Source of the DNA: Azolla caroliniana
Lineage: Eukaryota > Plantae > Polypodiophyta
Length of the DNA stretch: 64,000 bases
Assembly (NCBI GenBank): GCA_043228905.1
Contig: JBHGNT010000006.1
Location: 6,758,001 to 6,822,000, forward strand
Direction of reading: 5' to 3'
Part shown: piece by piece, positions 50,701 through 61,467 of the stretch
Position numbering within the stretch: position 1 is the first letter of the stretch
How the letters are laid out: each line of letters starts with the position of its first letter
Translations under genes and position numbers: made by a program
The notes under the pieces: generated by a model
The model's input: only the letters and a program-made list of their open reading frames with translations
Database searches by the model: none
Told to the model about the DNA's origin: nothing

Positions 50701-53300
50701 ATTATATTAAATGCTACTACACACACAAAACTACCTAGGACAACTTGAATGGGTTCTGACTGTTCTACAATATTCTCGGAAGCAATGGGACGACCATCAA
50801 TGACTACTACAGATGCGGGGCAAGGAAGTTTTCTTAAGGATATCTGAGAAGCTTGGGCAAAATTTTGATCCATGAAACAAGAATTAGCTCCGGAATCTAG
50901 AAGTGCTAGGACATGTACTGGGGGAGTACTTTTAGTACTAACCATGACTTGGGCTAGGAACACATTGCTAACTTGCTTGGAGGGAATGGAACCACTAATG
51001 GGCTGTATAGATCTAGGGCTGTCCAACCAAACGGCTCCTATTTTGGCTGGACTCAATCGTTTAACTCTTCATCTAATTGACTAAGGATTTCAAATTTGTT
51101 TGAGATACTTGGGCTATTAGTACTATTAATACTATCAAACACTCTATTAGTACTATTAATACTATCAGACACTCCTAAGGGAAGAATTGACTCGGGTTTA
51201 GTACAGGCTACAATTTGATTTACCTGTCTTCTTGGCCTATGGGGACAATTGATTGCGATATGCCTTGGTCCACCGCAATAAAGACATAATCGATTTGCAC
51301 GTCGTCATTGCTTTTCTTCTTCCGATAACGGGCCACGTCGACGCATGGTATCGATCTCCATCGGTGTCAGAGTATTTGCTTGAGGTATGTCTCGTGCAAA
51401 CGGTTTAGCCGCGACTGAGGTGTAAGTGGACTCCGGCCTAGAGTGTGGTATATGTAATTGACGTTCTGAACACCGTTCGAAAAGGTGGTTGTCACATCGG
51501 ACCGCTCGACTGATTGCCTCCGTAAGAGACTTTGGTTCTTCGGGGAATGTTAGAAGTAGATCTTTGACATCGTTTCGCAGGCCGTAGTGAAACTGCTCCA
51601 TTAGTGCTTAATCATCCTAGGGGATATCTGAAGCGAGTAGACGGAAATCCGCCGCGTAGGTAGAGGCTGGACGATCGCCTTGACGCAATCGTCGGATTTT
51701 GTTGATCGCCGTTCGGATGCTGTCTATATCTCCAAAGCAAGCTTTAAACTCACTAATAAAGTCTTCAAAGCTATTAAGTAAGGGCGATTGTTTTTCCAGA
51801 AGCGGAGCAAACCATGCCAAGGCTGAGCCACTAAGCAAAGTGCCTATTAGGCCGACTCGGGATGCATCAGTGGGGTATCGAAAAGGATGCATTTGAATGA
51901 CTAAGCGTACCTGATTGAGGAATCCCCTAAATTGCGATCGTGTTCCATCAAATTTCATAGGAAGTCCAATCTTGGGCTCTTTATGAAATCCGTGGGAACT
52001 TGATCCTTGTTGTTGCAACATTGCTTCAAGTTGTTGCACACGTAACGCTAACTCCCCATGTTGTTGTTGCGTTTGCTGTTTTTCTAAGGTGATTTGTTGA
52101 AGATCCCTTAACAACCGTTGGTTTTCTTGTTCCAAGGCAACAAATTTTTCTTTTAGACACTGTAGCTCGGAGAAAACGGATTGGTATTCTTGGGCGCTAA
52201 CAGAAGCCATTGTATAGAAAAAGGATAAGAGGATGAGGGAAACCAAAAGAAAGACTAGAGAGGAAAAATTGGTTCAAACTGTCAGGAATAGTACTAAAAC
52301 AAAGAGAGAATTAGTACTAGAGAAGGGAGGTACTATTAGTACTAAGAGGACGGGACTGCGTAAGAATCTCGAGAGGGAGGAAAGAGAAGAGAAGAGAGAG
52401 AGAGAGATAATGAGGACGAGAGAGAGAGAGAGAGATGATGATAACAGATGATATATTATAGGAAGAGTAAGTACAAGATGGCTATGAGGCTTAAGACTGG
52501 CGTTGAACCAATTTGGTCAACATAATGCCTAGTGCCTTCTTTTATAGTGTTCTTAGGAGTAATGCTGAAGCTTCTAGAATGTTCCAGAGAAATCTGGAAT
52601 ATACATTAATTTCCTATAATAAAACTTAAATGAAAATAATATCCTACGTATTACAATAGATGGTATAATGGTCAAGAGCCCGACCCATATAACATAAGGT
52701 CATGAGTTCGAGTCTTGCCATATCATGACACTAATAAAGGCGTACGAGCATTCGTGCGTGTGTTTTTTGACTTCCTTGTACGTTCGGCCGTCTTGTGACG
52801 AGGGAGCGTTCGGGCTTGCCCACACACCTCTTCTCCTCATAAAGGCGTTCAAGCTTTCATGCACGTGTTTTGTGTCTTCCTTGTACGTTCGACCATTTTG
52901 TGATGAGGGAGCGTTCGGGCTTGCCAATGCACCTCTCCTCCTCATAAAGGCGTACGAGCGTTTGTGTGTGTGTTTTGTGTCTTCCTTGTACGTTCGACGT
53001 CTTGTGATGAGGGAGCGTTTGGGCTTGCCCATGCACATCTCCTCCTCATAAAGGAGTATAGGCGTTCATGTTTGTGTTCTCGTCCCTTTCCTTGTACGTT
53101 TAGCGTCTTGTGACGATGGAGCATTCGGGCGTGCCCATGCACCTCTCCTCCTCATAAAGACGTACAGGCGTTCGTGTTTGTATTCTTGTCCCTTTCCTTG
53201 TATGTTCTGCGTCTTGTGACGAGGGAGCGTTCGGGCGTGCCCATGCACCTCTCCTCCTCATAAAGACGTATGGGCATTCGTGTTTATGTTCTCGTCCCCT
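47750..53300. repeat. ~103-105-bp tandem array (about 11 units) split by the chromovirus insertion
   Basis: Unit CATAAAGGCGTACGAGCATTCGTG...GCCCATGCACCTCTCCTCCT at 47956, 48061, 48164, 48267 and 48370, resuming at 52733. Confidence 0.92.
48373..52730 (-). mobile_element. Chromovirus (Ty3/Gypsy, Tcn1-like) with both LTRs (48373-48822, 52280-52730): gag, protease, RT, partial RNase H, chromodomain; integrase core deleted
   Basis: LTRs ~97% identical by eye (~12 substitutions, 2 indels), TSD CTCAT/CTAAT, PPT at ~48823-48836. Motifs: PMKFDGTRSQFRGFL, LCLYCGGPRHIAINCP, ALLDSGANSCF, YLDDLLIY, EADASDF and chromodomain YEVVVVLDSK...YYLVDWLGYSPSERTWEP. Several stops are present. Confidence 0.93.
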
Positions 53301-53550
53301 TGTGCGTTCATTTTGCGTGCTCATCTTTGCTTGTACCCATTTGATCACTTGGCTCATGCGGTGATCTCGAAAACTCGACGAGTAGCGATCAACGAAAGCC
53401 ACTGGCCCCACAGAAGGGGCAACGAGCCCTTGCCCGGGAAGTAGTCTTGTCGTAAAGCAAACCTTGGGTCTTCTCTATCCCTTCGTACTCCCTAGTCCAA
53501 GACCCCCGTGGTCTCGCCCAAGAAACACACACGCGCAAAACTTCGCGACA

Positions 53551-53662
53551 ACATCTCCCAACTATCTGGGAGGGAACCGAGCTGCAACGACGCGACTACC
53601 TCGTCGGCTAGAGGTACTTCCAATGAGGTTGTTTGATTTATGAGCCCCTAAAATGCATTCAA
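53551..53662 (-). mobile_element. Copia gag (UBN2) fragment continuing the 46199-47067 piece
   Basis: Minus strand reads LNAF*GLINQTTSLEVPLADEVVASLQLGSLPDSWE. Confidence 0.78.
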
Positions 53663-54835
53663 CACGTTCGCGTTCAGAAGTGGAAGGATTGCGCATTCCA
53701 CTTTTTAGATTCCCTTTATAGTCACACAATTTTAGCTTGTTGTGAAATATGACGTGCACCGGTATCACATGATAAACCACAGAGGGTGAATTTATTGATT
53801 TATTAATCGTATACATCTTTATACCAAGAGAACATGCTATTTATTGGAGAAAATATAAATGTACTACATTTATTCTTGCAATATTTACAAATTTAGAGTT
53901 GGTTTTTACCGCGCATTCATTTTATACAAATTAATTATTTGACTAAAGCATTAACAAACAGGAATTCCATTTTCGCAAGATGTGAATAGCATAGGTTTAC
54001 AGTGGTTAAACTTTCCAAGAGAGGTGTATATGCTATTTGAGAAATTGATATTTACATATTATTGAATACAATACATAATGACTAATAGGTAGTAAAGATC
54101 ATTAGGATATAATACCAAATGTATATGTTCATGACAACACATGAAAATTAGATGTAGAAAGCGTACTCATAACTACTGGTTTACATTACATTAGACATAC
54201 AAGAATATACCCAAAACATATATGACTATTGTTAAGGTATAGGCAGTGCTAAATTTTTGGGTGCCATAATAGAGATAACTCTCTGGTATTAACGTTAAAG
54301 CATGCATTACAATTTTCATTTGATTGTCTACACATAAACACTAAATCAAGAGGTTAAACACATATATACAAATGGAGTAATAATAATCTAGCCCTCCATA
54401 CATCCAGTCCAGACAACCATCAACCATAGAAACATGATTATTGTTGTACAATCCCCTCTTATAAAGCAAATACTCCCCAATATCTACAATGCCTCCTTCA
54501 ATCCTAGTAAATGTTATTTATCATAGTTATTCTATAAGTATAATAAATTCAAAAAGTGATTGGCAATAGCAAACATGGAACTAAGTTTTATAAACACAAT
54601 TGATGGGTAAATATGAAGAATGAACATACATTTTCTTTGATCTTAACTATATACTTAGATGATAGTCCAACAAATTTAATAAATATGTGCCACAAGATAT
54701 AAACATAGCAACACATTAATTAAAACATAATATAACACCATATAAACAAGTAAATTGGATCATATTAGGAAATAGATTTGATTAAAAGATCTTGATCAGA
54801 AGTAAATACATTAAAAGTTTTTTTATACACTCTAA

Positions 54836-57800
54836 CTACATCGCTAGGAGAGTATCCATATCATTGGATTCATCATCAATTGGTGAACTATCATCCACTT
54901 TTAGCGCAATAGTATCCACTCCAGATAGACTCGCTACCGTGGGGTCTTCCGTTAAGTCATCGTCAAGCTCTACAAGTTCCCCAGGTTCACCAGCCAAAGC
55001 AGGAATCGGCTCACGGGAGGTAGGCTGAAAACGTTCGGTATCTGCCATATGTTTGGCCCCTACCTCCTCATCTTGATCGGGGCATTCCCAAAGCGCGTGA
55101 AGCCTCATGTTGATGAAGTTCACATGCTCCTCATCTTTCTCCAATGCGACTGAACTTCGGAAAAGCTTCAAAGCACATGCCGAAGTGGTGCCTAAACACC
55201 ATATATAAGAAATAATGAGTATTATTATAGGTCTAAATATAAATAAAACCTTCAACACATTGGGAAAATTATTCGACCATTTACTTGTGCCAGAAAACAA
55301 GTCCAATATCCTTTCATCTTCATTCGAAAACATCTCCACAAGGCGCATCATTAAACGTTGGGGCTTCTGGTAGGGATTCACAAGCCCACGCTCAGTCGTG
55401 GTCACATGTTGAAGCTTCCGTGTCACGGCTGGATATACGAGCAGGTTTGAGCATCCCACCTCATTCAAATGCTCCTTGATTCTTTGCTTCTTGATCTTGT
55501 CATAATAACCAACTGTTATATATTCCATTGCGTTGACGAACCGAAAAGTCGGTCCCCTATTTACGTTGGTTTTAATCTGGACCATTGAGAAAAAAGTTAT
55601 AAGCAGTTTAAATTATAATATATAATTCCTATTGAGATACAATGCTTTCGATAAAATCCTTACCAAGCAAGATTCTCAATTCCATGGCAACGAGATCTCA
55701 ACGCTTGAGCCACGGAATATCCCTGATCCATGCTATGAAATATTACAATTCTCCATAAGGAAGCGGTGGTCAAGTCGGCGAAATCTTTTACCATTTTTTC
55801 CAACTGCTTGAACCTAAAAGGTTCATCATCGTAGATCGAATCAGCCATACGAAAACCGTATGGAATATCAGCTACCATTAATGTATACTCTTTCTTTGGT
55901 AGCTTCTGGATCATGTCAGCAACATCCCCATAATAAACATTGTAGTACAGATATCTGGTGATGTCTTTTTTGTGTCTAAACTTCTTGAAGGTGCCGTCAT
56001 CTTCCACCTCAAACGCCCTTACCAAGCGTCGATCCTTCTCTTTTCTGGCCCTTTCAAGATGCACAAGAAAGGATGTTGGAAAGTCATGTATATCCTTTAT
56101 TTCACCATACCTCTTACTCCGACATGGTTTCTAAAAAATATAAGACATCAACAAAGTTATAGTGATACACGGGATGGACCACCACAAATCGATCAAACAA
56201 AGAGTTATACTCACCCAATCCTTAAATGCAATGAAATATTCCGATAACGCCTTGTACAAAGACGTTATCGGATATTCTTCAGTCACTTGTTCCCACGATA
56301 AGCAACCTAGTTGCTTCATCATCACTTCTTGTATTTTCATATAGACTTTGTGGCTGAAAATTTATAAACCAACATTAAAAATTCATTTCTTAAAACAAGA
56401 TAAACCATAAAAAATTTAGTAAGACCTTGTTGAACTCCGTAACCATTTCCTCTAGGCTCAGCTCCTTCGCTACAACTCTTGAAAGCACATATATAAGAAG
56501 TTGCTCATCTTTGATCCCTTGCATTGCCCTCCATAAAGACAACTTCATATCATCTACCGCTTCCTCAATGGTAAGCTCTATCTTCTTCGCAGCTGAGCTA
56601 TTCAATTCTAATTGAGGGTCAAATTTCGACTTCTTCTGTCTTTGACCCTTCACTTCCTTATTCTCCCACATAGTAAATATTTGATCTTGGAGTTCCCAGA
56701 ATCCTCCATCCCTAAATGCGAGTTGAAACCACGACTCATACTTTCTGATTCCATCAGACTTCACCGCATCGTCCACCATAATTCCCACTTCGTGGAGACA
56801 TTGACGTCGTAGAGCTGGATATAATTTTGCTCCATATTTGGTTTTCCCGTCGAGGTACTCGTGGTGAAAAAATCTAATGCGTTCGATGGAGGACATCTTC
56901 TGCCGGTAGTCATTGTCGTTATTGTGGTCCCATGCTAACAACTTCGCCTCCTCAGTTGTTAACCCCACATAAATTTTGCATTCCGCATATTTGAAAAAGA
57001 ACTTTGTGGGATGCTCGCGGACTAATTGTTGTCTGGCCTCCGCCGAGTGAGATCCTCCAATCACAAAATAATTGTATTGGTTGTGCTTCTTAATATCAAA
57101 ATCCTCTAGCTTAGAGCACTCAAGAGGATCCACCATTACAATAAAAGGCATGACCGTTGCATGAGGGTTGATTTTCATCTTCTTCTTTAAATTTTGGACG
57201 TGCAGCTTATGTGGTTCCCTGATCTCCAAAGGGCGATATCCTATATTCTCATCCACTGGGGGGCGATGAATATGGGTTATCTGAAGGTTAAAAACTTGCC
57301 CCTTCCGCACAAGTATTCTATGTATTAAGTCCCTTCTAAATTTATTTTGTTCTGATGAGAACACACTAGATGCCAGCTCTGCTCCTGGTGTAGCTTGAGC
57401 CTCTGCATCCTTTGTTGAACTCGATGACTCAGAATCTGACATTCTCGTCACCTTCTTTTTTGAGGGCCTGAACTGCACCGCAGATTTCCTTATTGGTGCA
57501 TTTTTGGGCGATAAGGAGGCTGTCTTCACATTAACATGACCTTGAATATATGGCCTCAGTGTTGTTATTAAGTTAGTACTTGTCTCAATAACATGTTGGA
57601 AGGATTCTGGCCTGCATGAATCCTTCAACAAGTAGTCTTTGGAGACCATCATCTATCGGACTCCTTTTGTACAGTTGACTAATACAATCAAATTAGTTGA
57701 GTCCGCATCTTCATAGTCCAACTGCAAGATTTTGCCATAGCTAAATGCACGATCTTGAGCAAGCATACCACGTCCAACCAGTCTGGTAACTAACAGTACT

Positions 57801-59219
57801 ACTTTCTTTTTCGAGTCTACATATTGCATTGCCCACTCATATCCAGTTAAGTCTATATCTAGCTGGTCGTCACTTCCTCCAACCACGATAGATGTTTTCT
57901 TACTAACCTCGTCAGACGGCAGCCTCACGATTTCGTCTTCAAACATGAGTTTCTTTCCCTTTTGTGGATATGTCACAACAGGGATCTTTGTGTTGTCTGG
58001 AGGTGAGCTTTGATACTTAATCCGAATTTGGCTGAGTGGCCTCTCCTCCTTAGTATCAGCTGACTTGCATAAAATAATACAATAGATGAACCTAAACCTA
58101 TAAACTCTCAAATTATGGGGTGACAAATTATATACATTATGCAGATTGGTAGTTTGGAATGTCAAATTAGCAATCCAATATACTTATGGATGTGAAACCT
58201 AGGGACTGGACAGAGGAAAATGTATATTTAACGTCTCATAGTCCATCGGACACTAAAATCAGTAAGATTTTGGTATCCCCAATAGTACCTAAATATCAAC
58301 TGTATTGACCCAATTTGACCGTATTTTGACCTAATTTAGAATTGTTGAACCTATTTTACTACTTATTTTTGGTCTAATATGTGTTATGACCCCCTACTCG
58401 ATACGACGTATCGAGTTTAAGTCCTAGGAGCCACAACTCGATACGTTGTATCGAGTTAAGGCCCCTGCGTATTGAGTTTCAGCACTGGGAGCCACAACTC
58501 GATACGGCGTATCGAGTTAAGACACCCAACTCATTACACTGTATCGAGTTTTAGCCCTGGGAGCCACAACACGTTACGCCGTAACGAGTTAAGTCCCCGC
58601 GTATCGAGTTTTACCCCTGGGAGCCACAACTCGATACGCCGTATCGAGCCGAAACAAGTTGGGAGGCATAACTCAATATAGCGTATCGAGTTATGTCCCC
58701 CAACTCGATACGCCGTATCGAGTTATGTTAAGCCACTTGATACGCCGTATCGAGTTGTGCCTCCTCGAGCTACAACCCGATAAGGCGCATCGAGTTGTGG
58801 GACATAACTCGATACGCCGTATTGAGATGTGGCTCCTAGGGCTACAACTCAATACTCGGTACGACGTATCGAGTTATGTCCCACAACTCGATGCGCCGTA
58901 TCGTGTTGTAGCTCTAGGAGGCACAACTCGATATGGCGTATCAAGATATGTCCCCCAACTCGATACGACGTATTGAGTTGTAGCCCTAGGAGGCATAACG
59001 CGATACGCCGTAACGAGTTGGGGAACATAATTCGATACGCCGTATCGAGTTGGGAGTCTTACCTCGCCACAACGTATCTAGTTCTAGCCTTAGGAGGCAC
59101 TAGATACGGTGTAACGAGTTCTAATACGAAATAAAAAGCATGTAGATGGTCATATGTCCGTACAGTTTAGGGTTTAGATCTTACCTGTTGTCAGAACGGG
59201 CAGTCTTTTTGCTCGACAT
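54836..59219 (-). pseudogene. Spliced gene encoding a ParB/Srx-like domain fused to a beta-class N6-adenine/N4-cytosine DNA methyltransferase; probably a damaged copy
   Basis: Approximate exons: 59219-59185, ~58090-56426, 56353-56215, 56130-55664, ~55577-55285, 55191-54836. Motifs: FVIGGSHSAEAR (ParB-like), VYYGD..D, MVADIPYG (motif IV), AW/IKTN, NPYQKPQRLM, ILDLFSGT|STT (motif I), ALEKDEEH. Lesions: an in-frame TAG at 57653-57655 and two junctions whose phases do not reconcile. Confidence 0.78.
58397..59121. repeat. Array of ~20 copies of the 23-bp palindrome AACTCGATACGNCGTATCGAGTT with 9- and ~17-bp linkers; the two halves of the array are mutually inverted
   Basis: Copies at about 58397, 58435, 58496, 58528, 58568, 58628, 58670, 58702, 58734, 58774, 58806, 58885, 58925, 58957, 58997 and 59028. 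Left linkers CCCTGGGAGCCAC mirror right linkers GTGGCTCCTAGGG. Confidence 0.93.
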
Positions 59220-59862
59220 GATGATCGTGTCGGTTCGGGGATGCGTGAGGTATCATGGGAGTTCTCGTGTTTGTGCTTTGGCGCTCTGGGCAATGGTTAC
59301 GCTCAACTGTGGGGAATGAAAAAGAGAGGTCGGTTCTATTTATGGGAGGGGAAGGGACCATAGTTAAAAAAGTTACTACGGTTAGAATTAAATGCCAGTA
59401 GTGCATTTAGTTATTTATCTTAGAATTTGTATTTATTATTATAATAAAATAATGATTACCTTTATACTTTATGTGTAATATGATCATTATGATCTTGTAG
59501 TTATGATTTCATACTTATGTGTATTATGATTTGGTACCTATTATGAGCTAGTACTTATTATGATTTAATACATGTGCAAGGTCAATCCTATGATTGAGTA
59601 TACTTATCTACATTTATGGTAGTGTAATGATTTTGATTTTGAGAACAATCACTAATTGGGTGAGGATAGTGGTATTATGCAATTATGTGACGTGTACACG
59701 TGATCAATTTTTATTTATAACTAATAGAAATATAGAAAACATTATATAATAAAATATACAAAATACATATATACTTCCTTAGAATTCTATTTGTAGTTTA
59801 AGTATGTCTTACAATATGTATGCTTAGGGAGTGAAATATAAAGGATATTAGAACCTCAAACA

Positions 59863-60977
59863 ATGGGAACTAATTCACCCTTTTCTGTTGAGGAATATCA
59901 ACTGTCATCGAATTCCTCACCTTCTCTGGGGTTTTCGGTAGAAGAATACCATTGGTCTCAAGATTCTAATTTCTCCGTTGAGGAGTATATAATCTCTGAC
60001 AGTCTAGTCAATACGACAAGATGCCTTGAATTCTCAATTGAAGAGTATGGCCCATACGTGGACTCGGGTGAGAATGTAGGTGATTGTCAAAGTCCCAAAA
60101 GTATTTCTACCCAGCAACAGAGAACAAATGTGCGCCAAGAGGAGGACACACCAATATCAGCTAAGGATGACAATAAGTCAGTGAGCCCCTTATTTTTCAA
60201 AAGGGTCTCAAGACGTATTAGTCGAGAAAGATTTGCTTTAGTGACATTCGAGGCCCAACTTACCGTAGATGTTAAAGACATGCTGCGCTCGTGGGTGTAT
60301 GGCGATTATTGGAAAGCAAAACTTGCGGTCTTTGAGACGTTACTATTTTTCACTCAATGGTGATGAACAAGACACCTATCTTATGACACACTTATAGATG
60401 GTGTCAGACAAAGCCTCAGATATCTCGATCTCTTTCGAGTATTACCTTTTTACGGCACGACAATGTTGTAGAGTGGCATTCAAGATCACACTTTGTGTTA
60501 GCAACATGAGATTACATAGAGTGCAACAGAGAGTTTTAAATGGCAACAATCCCATTGAAGATGATAATTTGCCAAGTATGAAGGGTGCATCAGGTAGAAA
60601 TGCGATCTCCTAGATGAAGACATACTTCAAGTTCAATTGTGAGATAATGCCAATTACCGGTAGGTTGCATCTCTCTGACAATTATACACGTCGAGAAGTT
60701 TATGATTCATATAGATTGGAAACGTCAACTTGTTGCGACAAGTATGTCACCTACAATCATTTCACAAGGTTGTGGACATTGCACTTTAGTAATGTTATTA
60801 TACCTCGTAAAGTACGTATGGGGTATTGTTCAGTATGTGCAAACCTAAAGAGCGTGTGTAAAAGGCCAAAGATAGCGACAAAGAAGGAGCTAAACAAGAA
60901 ATTGTTACAAGATCACCAAGAAGCCCAAGCATTAGAACAAAATCCAACTAAGTACATGTGTTTAATGATAGATGAAA
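59863..60977 (+). pseudogene. Decayed DNA-transposase-like gene, interrupted by an LTR insertion
   Basis: Collinear ORF pieces separated by stops: CRVAFKITLCVSNMRL, YFKFNCEIMP, FTRLWTLHFSNVIIP, a CSVC (CxxC) motif, and YMCLMIDEM, which resembles the IDGMDQ-type first catalytic Asp of Sola-like/DUF7869 proteins (recalled, not searched). Confidence 0.55.
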
Positions 60978-61413
60978 TGTTAATCCTAGGGCCGGACAAC
61001 AACCTAACACAGGGTGTCCACTTAAGACACTTCACCAAAGGGTGTTACGGCAAGATGACTTACGACACAACGCTTAATTAGACCTTAATTGGTTACTTAG
61101 CAATACGTCATTACACATGTAAGATATAACAATGAGTACAGAACGGTAATCAATACTGAAAGGTTAAGGCAATAAGTTCTATTAATTATCCGCTGTCAAT
61201 TACATTGTAACCGGGCCTTTATATAGGTCTCCGGTGCGAAGTACAAAACGGTGCCAACCAGCACCTATTCGGAATCGGTCCGGATCCGGATCGGCATACC
61301 GATTCCGGTCCGTCCGTCCATATTAATAAAATAATTACAACAGTTCCCGTATAAACTATTCCTTTCACACTCTGGTCTAGACATCCTTAAGCCTTCTTGC
61401 CGACCGGGTAACA
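60978..61413. mobile_element. LTR (436 bp, TGTTA...TAACA) of a Gypsy-like element extending past the right edge
   Basis: Inverted termini, an abrupt break of the transposase-like frame, and CCTATATAAAGG on the minus strand. Confidence 0.75.
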
Positions 61414-61467
61414 CATGGCACGCCTATGGGACAGTACCTTGTACGTCGAACCCATTATCTGGCCCTG

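Larger units (their letters stand above)
47068..53550 (+). mobile_element. Solo LTR (~2.1 kb without the nested insert) containing a 103-105-bp tandem array, inserted in Copia gag
   Basis: TGTCGTG...CGCGACA termini. The Copia gag reads across it (LPDSWE | TLVVTLSN). Flanks GCGT/ACAT fit a decayed TSD. Confidence 0.75.

Noticed and set aside
47744-53411. Many short ORFs (MHGQARTPSSQ..., MRRRGAWAS...)
   Set aside because: They are by-products of the 104-bp tandem array.
54836-58165. Bacterial contamination as the source of the methyltransferase
   Set aside because: The gene has AT-rich GT-AG introns and is embedded among plant retrotransposons.
58397-59121. Possible CRISPR array (palindromic repeat plus spacers)
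   Set aside because: Linkers are only 9-17 bp and are themselves repeated and mirrored. There are no cas genes and the context is eukaryotic.
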